DNA of 64,000 bases, from contig OZ024744.1 of assembly GCA_964016885.1 (NCBI GenBank), forward strand, positions 117,676,001-117,740,000. The letters run 5' to 3'. The DNA is from Eledone cirrhosa. Lineage: Eukaryota. The notes under the pieces were generated by a model, which had not been told where the DNA came from, did no database searches, and saw only the letters and a list, made by a program, of their open reading frames with translations. This document shows, one piece after another, positions 30,001 through 42,030 of the stretch; position 1 is the stretch's first letter, and each line of letters starts with the position of its first letter. Made by a program: the position numbers and the translations under genes.

Positions 30001-33000
30001 GGTAGACCCTGTAGCAGTGGAGACTTCCTGTGTTCTTGGTCTCCAGCCCACATCCCTACTGATATGATAGGTCTGTGGTAGACCCTTTAGCAGTGGAGAC
30101 TTGCGGTGTTCTTGGTCCCCAGCCCACATCCCTACTGATATGATAGGTCTGTGGTAGACACTGTAGCAGTGGAGACTTCCTGTATACTTGGTCCCCAGCC
30201 CACATCCCTACTGATATGATTGGTCTGTGGTAGACCCTGTAGTAGTGGAAACTTCCTGTGTTCTTGGTCCCCAGCCCACATCCCTACTGATATGATAGGT
30301 CTGTGGTAGACCCTGTAGCAGTGGAGACTTCCTGTGTTCTTGGTCCCCAGCCCACATCCCTACTGATATTATAGGTTTGTGGTAGACCCTGCAGCAGTGG
30401 AGACTCCCTGTGTTATTGGTCTCCAGCCCAAATCCCCACTGATATGATAGGTTTGTGGTAGACCCTGTAGCAGTGGAGACTTCCTGTGTTCTTGGTCCCC
30501 AACCCACATCCATCCCTACTGATATGATAGGTTTGTGGTAGACCCTGTAGCAGTGGAGACTTCCTTTGTTCTTGGTCCCCAGCCCACATCCTTCTGATAT
30601 GATAGGTTTGTGGTAGACCCTGTAGCAGTGGAGACTTGCTGTGTCCTTGGTCCCCAGCCCACATCCCTACTGATATGAAAGGTTTGTGGTAGACCCTGTA
30701 GCAGTGGAGACTCCCTGTATTCTTGGTCCCCAGCCCACATCCCTACTGATATGAAAGGTTTGTGGTAGACCCTGTAGCAGTGGAGACTTCCTGTGTTCTT
30801 GGTCCCCAGCCCACATCCCTACTGATATGAAAGGTTTGTGGTAGACCCTGTAGCAGTGGAGACTTCCTGTGTTCTTGGTCCCCAGCCCACATCCCTACTG
30901 ATATGATAGGTTTGTGGTAGACCCTGTAGCAGTGGAGACTTCCTGTGTTCTTGGTCCCCAGCCCACATCCCTACTGATATGAAAGGTTTGTGGTAGACCC
31001 TGTAGCAGTGGAGACTTCCTGTATTCTTGGTCCCCAGCCCACATCCCTACTGATATGATAGGTTTGTGGTAGAGCCTGTGGCAGTGGAGACTCCTGTGTT
31101 CTTGGTCCCCAGCCCACATCCTTCTGATGTGATAGGTTTGTGGTAGACCCTGTAGCAGTGGAGACTCCCTCTATTCTTGGTCCCCAGCCCACATCCCTAC
31201 TGATATGAAAGGTTTGTGGTAGACCCTGTAGCAGTGGAGACTTCCTGTATTCTTGGTCCCCAGCCCATATCCCTACTGATATGATAGGTCTGTGGTAGAC
31301 CCTGTAGCAGTGGAGACTCCCTGTATTCTTGGTCCCCAGCCCACATCCCTACTGATATGAAAGGTTTGTGGTAGACCCTGTAGCAGTGGAGACTTCCTGT
31401 ATTCTTGGTCGCCAGCCCATATCCCTACTGATATGATTGGTCTGTGGTAGACCCTGTAGCAGTGGAGACTTCCTGTATTCTTGGTCCCCAGCCCACATCC
31501 CTACTGATATGATAGGTTTGTGGTAGAGCCTGTAGCAGTGGAGACTTCCTGTGTTCTTGGTCCCCAACCCACATCCCTACTGATATGATAGGTCTGTGGT
31601 AGACCCTGTAGCAATGGAGACTTCCTGTGTTCTTGGTCCCCAGCCCACATCCCTACTGATATGATAGGTCTGTGGTAGACCCTGTAGCAGTGGAGACTTC
31701 CTGTGTTCTTGGTCCCCAGCCCACATCCCTACTGATATGATAGGTCTGTGGTAGACCCTGTAGCAGTGGAGACTTCCCGTGTTCTTGGTCCCCAGCCCAC
31801 ATCCTTACTGATAGGTCTGTGGTAGACCCTGTAGCAGTGGAGACACCCTATATTCTTGGTCCTCAGCCCACATCCCTACTGATATGATAGGTTTGTGGTA
31901 GACCCTGTAGCAGTGGAGACTTCCTGTGTTCTTGGTCTCCAGCCCACATCCCTACTGATATGATAGGTCTGTGGTAGACCCTTTAGCAGTGGAGACTTGC
32001 TGTGTTATTGGTCCCCAGCCCACATCCCTACTGATATGATAGGTCTGTGGTAGACCCTGTAGCAGTGGAGACTTCCTGTGTTCTTGGTCCCCAGCCCACA
32101 TCCCTACTGATATGATTGGTCTGTGGTAGACCCTGTAGTAGTGGAAACTTCCTGTGTTCTTGGTCCCCAGCCCACATCCCTACTGATATTATAGGTTTGT
32201 GGTAGACCCTGTAGCAGTGGAGACTTCCTGTGTTCTTGGTCCCTAGCCCACATCCCTACTGATATGATAGGATTGTGGTAGACCCTGTAGCAGTGGAGAC
32301 TTCCTGTGTTTCTGGCCCCCAGCCCATGTCCCTACTAATATGATAGGTTTGTGGTAGACCCTGTAGCAGTGGAGACTTCCTGTGTTCTTGGTCCCCAGCC
32401 CACATCCCTGCTGATATGATAGGTTTGTGGTAGACCCTGTAGTAGTGGAGACTTCCTGTATTCTTGGTCCCCAGCCCACATCCCTACTGATAGGTTTGTG
32501 GTAGACCCTGTAGCAGTGGAGACTCCCTGTATTATTGGTCCCCAGCCCACATCCCTACTGATATGATAGGTTTGTGGTAGACCCTGTAGTAGTGGAGACT
32601 TCCTGTGTTCTTGGTCCCCAGCCCACATCCTTCTGATATGATAGGTTTGTGGTAGACCCTTTAGCAGTGGAGACTTCCTGTGTTCTTGGTCCCCAGCCCA
32701 CATCCCTACTGATATGATAGGTCTGTGGTAGACCCTGTAGCAGTGGAGACTTCCTGTGTTCTTGGTCCACAGCCCACATCCCTACTGATATGATAGGTTT
32801 GTGGTAGACCCTGTAGCAGTGGAGACTTCCTGTGTTCTTGGTCCCCAGCCCACATCCCTACTGATATGATAGGTCTGTGGTAGACCCTGTAGCAGTGGAG
32901 ACTTCCTGTGTTCTTGGTCCCCAACCCACAACCATCCCTACTGATATGATAGGTTTGTGGTAGACCCTGTAGCAGTGGAGACTTCCTTTGTTCTTGGTCC

Positions 33001-36000
33001 CCAGCCCACATCCCTACTGATATGATAGGTTTGTGGTAGACCCTGTAGCAGTGGAGACTCCCTCTATTCTTGGTCCCCAGCCCACATCCCTACTGATATG
33101 AAAGGTTTGTGGTAGACCCTGTAGCAGTGGAGACTTCCTGTGTTCTTGGTCCCCAGCCCACATCCCTACTGATATGAAAGGTTTGTGGTAGACCCTGTAG
33201 CAGTGGAGACTTCCTGTATACTTGGTCCCAAGCCCACATCCCTACTGATATGATTGGTCTGTGGTAGACCCTGTAGCAGTGGAGACTTCCTGTGTTCTTG
33301 GTCCCCAGCCCACATCCCTACTGATATGATAGGTCTGTGGTAGACCCTGTAGCAGTGGAGACTTCCTGTATTCTTGGTCCCCAGCCCACATCCCTACTGA
33401 TATGATAGGTTTGTGGTAGACCCTGTAGCAGTGGAGACTCCCTGTATTCTTGGTCCCCAGCCCACATCCCTACTGATATGATAGTTTTGTGGTAGACCCT
33501 GTAGCAGTGGAGACTCCCTGTGTTATTGGTCCCCAGACTACATCCCTACTGATATGATAGGTTTGTGGTAGACCCTGCAGCAGTGGAGACTCCCTGTGTT
33601 ATTGGTCTCCAGCCCACATCTCTACTGATATGATAGGTCTGTGGTAGACCCTGTGGCAGTGGAGACTTCCTCTGTTCTTGGTCCCCAGCCCACATCCCTA
33701 CTGATATGATAGGTTTGTGGTAGACCCTGTAGCAGTGGAGACTTCCTGTGTTCTTGGTCCCCAGCCCACATCCCTACTGATATGATAGTTTTGTGGTAGA
33801 CCCTGTAGCAGTGGAGACTTCCGTTGTTCTTGGTCCCCAGCCCACATCCCTACTGATATGATAGGTCTGTGGTAGACTCTGTAGTAGTGGAGACTTCCTG
33901 TGTTCTTGGTCTCCAGCCCACATCTCTACTGATATGATAGGTCTGTGGTAGACCCTGTGGCAGTGGAGACTTCCTCTGTTCTTGGTCCCCAGCCCACATC
34001 CTTCTGATATGATAGGTTTGTGGTAGACCCTTTAGCAGTGGAGACTTCCTGTGTTCTTGGTCCCCAGCCCACATCCCTACTGAAATGAAAGGTTTGTGGT
34101 AGACCCTGTAGCAGTGGAGACTCCCTGTATTCTTGGTCCCCAGCCCACATCCCTACTGATATGAAAGGTTTGTGGTAGACCCTGTAGCAGTGGAGACTTC
34201 CTGTATTCTTGCTCCCCAGCCCATATCCCTACTGATATGATAGGTCTGTGGTAGACCCTGTAGCAGTGGAGACTTCCTGTGTTCTTGGTCCCCAGCCCAC
34301 ATCCCTACTGATATGATATGTCTGTGGTAGACCCTGTAGCAGTGGAGACACCCTATATTCTTGGTCCCCAGCCCACATCCCTACTGATTTGATAGGTCTG
34401 TGGTAGACCCTGTAGCAGTGGAGACTTCCTGTGTTCTTGGTCTCCAGCCCACATCCCTACTGATATGATAGGTCTGTGGTAGACCCTTTAGCAGTGGAGA
34501 CTTGCGGTGTTCTTGGTCCCCAGCCCACATCCCTACTGATATGATAGGTCTGTGGTAGACCCTGTAGCAGTGGAGACTTCCTGTATACTTGGTCCCCAGC
34601 CCACATCCCTACTGATATGATTGGTCTGTGGTAGACCCTGTAGTAGTGGAAACTTCCTGTGTTCTTGGTCCCCAGCCCACATCCCTACTGATATGATAGG
34701 TCTGTGGTAGACCCTGTAGTAGTGGAGACTCCCTGTGTTCTTGGTCCCCAGCCCACATCCCTACTGATATGATAGGTCTGTGGTAGAGCCTGTAGCAGTG
34801 GAGACTTCCTGTATTCTTGGTCCCCAGCCCACATCCCTACTGATATGAAAGGTTTGTGGTAGACCCTGTAGCAGTGGAGACTTCCTGTGTTCTTGGTCCC
34901 CAGCCCACATCCCTACTGATATTATAGGTTTGTGGTAGACCCTGTAGCAGTGGAGACTCCCTGTGTTCTTGGTCCCTAGCCCACATCCCTACTGATATGA
35001 TAGGATTGTGGTAGACCCTGTAGCAGTGAAGACTTCCTGTATTCTTGGTCCCCAGCCCACATCCCTACTGATATGATAGGTTTGTGGTAGACCCTGTAGC
35101 AGTGGAGACTTGCGGTGTTCTTGGTCCCCAGCCCACATCCCTACTGATATGATAGGTTTGTGGTAGACCCTGTAGCAGTGGAGACTTGCGGTGTTCTTGG
35201 TCCCCAGCCCACATCCCTACTGATATGATAGGTTTGTGGTAGACCCTGTAGCAGTGGAGACTTGCTGTGTTCTTGGTCCCCAGCCCACATCCCTACTGAT
35301 GTGATAGGTTTGTGGTAGACCCTGTAGCAGTGGAGACTTCCTGTGTTCTTGGTCCCCAGCCCACATCCCTACTGATATGATAGGTCTGTGGTAGACTCTG
35401 TAGTAGTGGAGACTTCCTGTGTTCTTGGTCCCCAGCCCACATCCCTACTGATATGATAGGTCTGTGGTAGACTCTGTAGCAGTGGAGACTTCCTGTGTTC
35501 TTGGTCCCCAGCCCACATCCCTACTGATATGATAGGTCTGTGGTAGACTCTGTAGTAGTGGAGACTTCCTGTATTCTTGGTCCCCAGCCCACATCCCTAC
35601 TGATATGATAGGTTTGTGGTAGACCCTGTAGCAGTGGAGACTTGCGGTGTTCTTGGTCCCCAGCCCACATCCCTACTGATATGATAGGTTTGTGGTAGAC
35701 CCTGTAGCAGTGGAGACTCCCTGTGTTATTGGTCCCCAGACTACATCCCTACTGATATGATAGGTTTGTGGTAGACCCTGCAGCAGTGGAGACTCCCTGT
35801 GTTATTGGTCTCCAGCCCAAATCCCCACTGATATGATAGGTTTGTGGTAGACCCTGTAGCAGTGGAGACTTCCTGTGTTCTTGGTCCCCAACCCACATCC
35901 ATCCCTACTGATATGATAGGTTTGTGGTAGACCCTGTAGCAGTGGAGACTTCCTTTGTTCTTGGTCCCCAGCCCACATCCTTCTGATATGATAGGTTTGT

Positions 36001-39000
36001 GGTAGACCCTGTAGCAGTGGAGACTTCCTGTATTCTTGGTCCCCAGCCCACATCCCTACTGATATGATAGGTTTGTGGTAGACCCTGTAGCAGTGGAGAC
36101 TTCCTGTGTTCTTGGTCCCCAGCCCACATCCCTACTGATATGATAGGTTTGTGGTAGACCCTGTAGCAGTGGAGACTTCCTGTATTCTTAGTCCCCAGCC
36201 CACATCCCTACTGATATGATAGGTTTGTGGTAGACCCTGTAGCAGTGGAGACTTCCTGTGTTCTTGGTCTCCAGCCCACATCCCTACTGATATGATAGGT
36301 TTGTGGTAGAGCCTGTGGCAGTGGAGACTTCCTGTGTTCTTGGTCCCCAACCCATATCCCTACTGATATGATAGGTTTGTGGTAGACCCTGTAGCAGTGG
36401 AGACTTCCTGTGTTCTTGGTCCCCAGCCCACATCCCTACTGATATGATATGTCTGTGGTAGACCCTGTAGCAGTGGAGACTTGCGGTGTTCTTGGTCCCC
36501 AGCCCACATCCCTACTGATATGATATGTCTGTGGTAGACCCTGTAGCAGTGGAGACACCCTATATTCTTGGTCCCCAGCCCACATCCCTACTGATATGAT
36601 AGGTTTGTGGTAGACCCTGTAGCAGTGGAGACTTCCTGTGTTCTTGGTCCCCAGCCCACATCCCTACTGATATGATATGTCTGTGGTAGACCCTGTAGCA
36701 GTGGAGACACCCTATATTCTTGGTCCCCAGCCCACATCCCTACTGATATGATAGGTTTGTGGTAGACCCTGTAGCAGTGGAGACTTCCTGTGTTCTTGGT
36801 CTCCAGCCCACATCCCTACTGATATGATAGGTCTGTGGTAGACCCTTTAGCAGTGGAGACTTGCGGTGTTCTTGGTCCCCAGCCCACATCCCTACTGATA
36901 TGATAGGTCTGTGGTAGACCCTGTAGCAGTGGAGACTTCCTGTATACTTGGTCCCCAGCCCACATCCCTACTGATATGATTGGTCTGTGGTAGACCCTGT
37001 AGTAGTGGAAACTTCCTGTGTTCTTGGTCCCCAGCCCACATCCCTACTGATATGATAGGTCTGTGGTAGACCCTGTAGCAGTGGAGACTCCCTGTGTTAT
37101 TGGTCCCCAGACTACATCCCTACTGATATGATAGGTTTGTGGTAGACCCTGCAGCAGTGGAGACTCCCTGTGTTATTGGTCTCCAGCCCAAATCCCCACT
37201 GATATGATAGGTTTGTGGTAGACCCTGTAGCAGTGGAGACTTCCTGTGTTCTTGGTCCCCAACCCACATCCCTACTGATATGATAGGTTTGTGGTAGACC
37301 CTGTAGCAGTGCAGACTTCCTTTGTTCTTGGTCCCCAGCCCACATCCTTCTGATATGATAGGTTTGTGGTAGACCCTGTAGCAGTGGAGACTTGCTGTGT
37401 TCTTGGTCCCCAGCCCACATCCCTACTGATATGAAAGGTTTGTGGTAGACCCTGTAGCAGTGGAGACTCCCTGTATTCTTGGTCCCCAGCCCACATCCCT
37501 ACTGATATGAAAGGTTTGTGGTAGACCCTGTAGCAGTGGAGACTTCCTGTGTTCTTGGTCCCCAGCCCACATCCCTACTGATATGAAAGGTTTGTGGTAG
37601 ACCCTGTAGCAGTGGAGACTTCCTGTGTTCTTGGTCCCCAGCCCACATCCCTACTGATATGATAGGTTTGTGGTAGACCCTGTAGCAGTGGAGACTTCCT
37701 GTGTTCTTGGTCCCCAGCCCACATCCCTACTGATATGAAAGGTTTGTGGTAGACCCTGTAGCAGTGGAGACTTCCTGTATTCTTGGTCCCCAGCCCACAT
37801 CCCTACTGATATGATAGGTTTGTGGTAGAGCCTGTGGCAGTGGAGACTTCCTGTATTCTTGGTCCCCAGCCCACATCCCTACTGATATGAAAGGTTTGTG
37901 GTAGACCCTGTAGCAGTGGAGACTCCCTGTATTCTTGGTCCCCAGCCCACATCCCTACTGATATGAAAGGTTTGTGGTAGACCCTGTAGCAGTGGAGACT
38001 TCCTGTATTCTTGGTCCCCAGCCCATATCCCTACTGATATGATAGGTCTGTGGTAGACCCTGTAGCAGTGGAGACTCCCTGTATTCTTGGTCCCCAGCCC
38101 ACATCCCTACTGATATGAAAGGTTTGTGGTAGACCCTGTAGCAGTGGAGACTTCCTGTATTCTTGGTCGCCAGCCCATATCCCTACTGATATGATAGGTT
38201 TGTGGTAGACCCTGTAGCAGTGGAGACTTCCTGTATTCTTGGTCCCCAGCCCATATCCCTACTGATTTGATAGGTCTGTGGTAGACCCTGTAGCAGTGGA
38301 GACACCCTATATTCTTGGTCCCCAGCCCACATCCCTACTGATATGATAGGTTTGTGGTAGACCCTGTAGCAGTGGAGACTTCCTGTGTTCTTGGTCTCCA
38401 GCCCACATCCCTACTGATATGATAGGTCTGTGGTAGACCCTTTAGCAGTGGAGACTTGCGGTGTTCTTGGTCCCCAGCCCACATCCCTACTGATATGATA
38501 GGTCTGTGGTAGACCCTGTAGCAGTGGAGACTTCCTGTATACTTGGTCCCCAGCCCACATCCCTACTGATATGATTGGTCTGTGGTAGACCCTGTAGTAG
38601 TGGAAACTTCCTGTGTTCTTGGTCCCCAGCCCACATCCCTACTGATATGATAGGTCTGTGGTAGACCCTGTAGCAGTGGAGACTTCCTGTGTTCTTGGTC
38701 CCCAGCCCACATCCCTACTGATATTATAGGTTTGTGGTAGACCCTGTAGCAGTGGAGACTCCCTGTGTTCTTGGTCCCCAGCCCACATCCCTACTGATAT
38801 GAAAGATTTGTGGTAGACCCTGTAGCAGTGGAGACTCCCTGTATTCTTGGTCCCCAGCCCACATCCCTACTGATATGAAAGGTTTGTGGTAGACCCTGTA
38901 GCAGTGGAGACTTCCTGTATTCTTGGTCGCCAGCCCATATCCCTACTGATATGATAGGTTTGTGGTAGACCCTGTAGCAGTGGAGACTCCCTGTATTCTT

Positions 39001-41824
39001 GGTCCCCAGCTCACATCCCTACTGATATGATAGGTTTGTGGTAGACCCTGTAGCAGTGGAGACTTCCTGTGTTCTTGGTCTCCAGCCCACATCCCTACTG
39101 ATATGATAGGTCTGTGGTAGACCCTTTAGCAGTGGAGACTTGCTGTGTTATTGGTCCCCAGCCCACATCCCTACTGATATGATAGGTCTGTGGTAGACCC
39201 TGTAGCAGTGGAGACTTCCTGTATACTTGGTCCCCAGCCCACATCCCTACTGATATGATTGGTCTGTGGTAGACCCTGTAGTAGTGGAAACTTCCTGTGT
39301 TCTTGGTCCCCAGCCCACATCCCTACTGATATGATAGGTCTGTGGTAGATCCTGTAGCAGTGGAGACTTCCTGTATACTTGGTCCCCAGCCCACATCCCT
39401 ACTGATATGATTGGTCTGTGGTAGACCCTGTAGCAGTGGAGACTTCCTGTGTTCTTGGTCCCCAGCCCACATCCCTACTGATATTATAGGTTTGTGGTAG
39501 ACCCTGTAGCAGTGGAGACTCCCTGTGTTCTTGGTCCCTAGCCCAAATCCCTACTGATATGATAGGATTGTGGTAGACCCTGTAGCAGTGGAGACTTCCT
39601 GTGTTTCTGGCCCCCAGCCCATGTCCCTACTGATGTGATAGGTCTGTGGTAGACCCTGTAGCAATGGAGACTTCCTGTGTTCTTGGTCCCCAGCCCACAT
39701 CCCTACTGATATGATAGGTTTGTGGTAGACCCTGTAGCAGTGGAGACTTCCTGTGTTCTTGGTCCCCAGCCCACATCCCTACTGATATGATAGGTCTGTG
39801 GTAGACTCTGTAGTAGTGGAGACTTCCTGTGTTCTTGGTCCCCAGCCCACATCCCTACTGATATGATAGGTCTGTGGTAGACCCTGTAGCAGTGGAGACT
39901 CCCTGTGTTCTTGGTCCCCAGCCCACATCCCTACTGATATGATAGGTTTGTGGTAGACCCTGTAGCAGTGGAGACTTCCTGTATTCTTGGTCCCCAGCCC
40001 ACATCCCTACTGATAGGTCTGTGGTTGACCCTGTAGCAGTGAAGACTTCCTGTATTCTTGGTCCCCAGCCCACATCCCTACTGATAGGTTTGTGGTAGAC
40101 CCTGTAGCAGTGGAGACTTCCTGTGTTCTTGGTCCCCAGCCCACATCCCTACTGATATGATAGGTCTGTGGTAGACCCTGTGGCAGTGGAGACTTCCTCT
40201 GTTCTTGGTCCCCAGCCCACATCCTTCTGATATGATAGGTTTGTGGTAGACCCTGTAGCAGTGGAGACTTCCTGTATTCTTAGTCCCCAGCCCACATCCC
40301 TACTGATATGATAGGTTTGTGGTAGACCCTGTAGCAGTGGAGACTTCCTTTGTTCTTGGTCCCCAGCCCACATCCCTACTGATATGATAGGTCTGTGGTA
40401 GACCCTGTGGCAGTGGAGACTTCCTCTGTTCTTGGTCCCCAGCCCACATCCTTCTGATATGATAGGTTTGTGGTAGACCCTGTAGCAGTGGAGACTTCCT
40501 GTATTCTTAGTCCCCAGCCCACATCCCTACTGATATGATAGGTTTGTGGTAGACCCTGTAGCAGTGGAGACTTCCTTTGTTCTTGGTCCCCAGCCCACAT
40601 CCCTACTGATATGATAGGTCTGTGGTAGACCCTGTGGCAGTGGAGACTTCCTCTGTTCTTGGTCCCCAGCCCACATCCTTCTGATATGATAGGTTTGTGG
40701 TAGACCCTGTAGCAGTGGAGACTTCCTGTATTCTTAGTCCCCAGCCCACATCCCTACTGATATGATAGGTTTGTGGTAGACCCTGTAGCAGTGGAGACTT
40801 CCTTTGTTCTTGGTCCCCAGCCCACATCCCTACTGATATGATAGGTGTGTGGTAGACCCTGTGGCAGTGGAGACTTCCTCTGTTCTTGGTCCCCAGCCCA
40901 CATCCCTACTGATATGATAGGTCTGTGGTAGACCCTGTAGCAGTGGAGACTTCCTGTATTCTTAGTCCCCAGACTACATCCCTACTGATATTATAGGTTT
41001 GTGGTAGAGCCTGTAGCAGTGGAGACTTCCTGTGTTCTTGGTCCCCAGCCTTCATCCCTACTGATATGATAGGTCTGTGGTAGACCCTGTAGCAGTGGAG
41101 ACTTCCTGTGTTCTTGGTCCCCAGCCTTCATCCCTACTGATATGATAGGTCTGTGGTAGACCCTGTGGCAGTGGAGACTTCCTCTGTTCTTGGTCTCCAG
41201 CCCACATCCCTACTGATATGATAGGTTTGTGGTAGACCCTGTAGCAGTGGAGACTTCCTGTGTTCTTGGTCTCCAGCCCACATCCCTACTGATATGATAG
41301 GTCTGTGGTAGACCCTGTAGCAGTGGAGACTTCCTGTGTTCTTGGTCCCCAGCCTTCATCCCTACTGATATGATAGGTTTGTGGTAGACCCTGTAGCAGT
41401 GGAGACTCCCTGTATTCTTGGTCTCCAGCCCACATCCCTACTGATATGATAGGTTTGTGGTAGACCCTGTAGCAGTGGAGACTTCCTGTGTTCTTGGTCC
41501 CCAGCCCACATCCCTACTGATATGATAGGTCTGTGGTAGACCCTGTAGCAGTGGGGACTTCCTGTGTTCTTGGTCCCCAGCCTTCATCCCTACTGATATG
41601 ATAGGTTTGTGGTAGACCCTGTAGCAGTGGAGACTTCCTGTATTCTTGGTCTCCAGCCCACATCCCTACTGATATTATAGGTTTGTGGTAGAGCCTGTAG
41701 CAGTGGAGACTTCCTGTGTTCTTGGTCTCCAGCCCACATCTCTACTGATATGATAGGTCTGTGGTAGACCCTGTAGCAGTGGAGGCTTCCTGTGTTCTTG
41801 GTCTCCAGCCCACATCCCTACTGA
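1..41824. repeat. 76-bp satellite array, about 550 head-to-tail monomers, continuing beyond the left window edge
   Basis: Consensus CCCTACTGATATGATAGGTYTGTGGTAGACCCTGTAGCAGTGGAGACTTCCTGTRTTCTTGGTCYCCAGCCCACAT recurs every 76 bp, with occasional 71, 75, 77 and 80 bp variants. It ends abruptly after ...CCCTACTGA at 41824. The consensus has no CpG. Confidence 0.99.
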
Positions 41825-42030
41825 CTGCTATCAGAGCAGAGTTGCTGACCTTTGATGTGAGATCTGTGAGGCAGAGTGGCTATTTCAGCGTGTTCCCCTC
41901 ACCCTCCTCCGGGGCAATGTCTTCCCCATCTTGGTGGTGTCATGTGGATTAGATTTACTTCCATAAGCTTGATTAGTAAAAAAATGAAATGATTTAATTA
42001 GGGACTCTCCCCCATACTTAGTAATTTTAT

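Noticed and set aside
210-40827. Dozens of 60-125 aa minus-strand ORFs (MWAGDQEHRKSPLLQG...)
   Set aside because: The 76-bp period cycles through all frames with one TAG per 228 bp. ORFs lengthen only where indels occur, so they are satellite artefacts.
1-41824. CRISPR array
   Set aside because: There are no unique spacers, the whole monomer repeats, no cas genes are present and the context is eukaryotic.
41824-41967. Selenoprotein K/S-like ending (minus strand ...RHCPGGG-TGA-G)
   Set aside because: The frame continues well past the TGA instead of stopping within a few codons, upstream residues do not resemble SelK or SelS, and no SECIS was identified.
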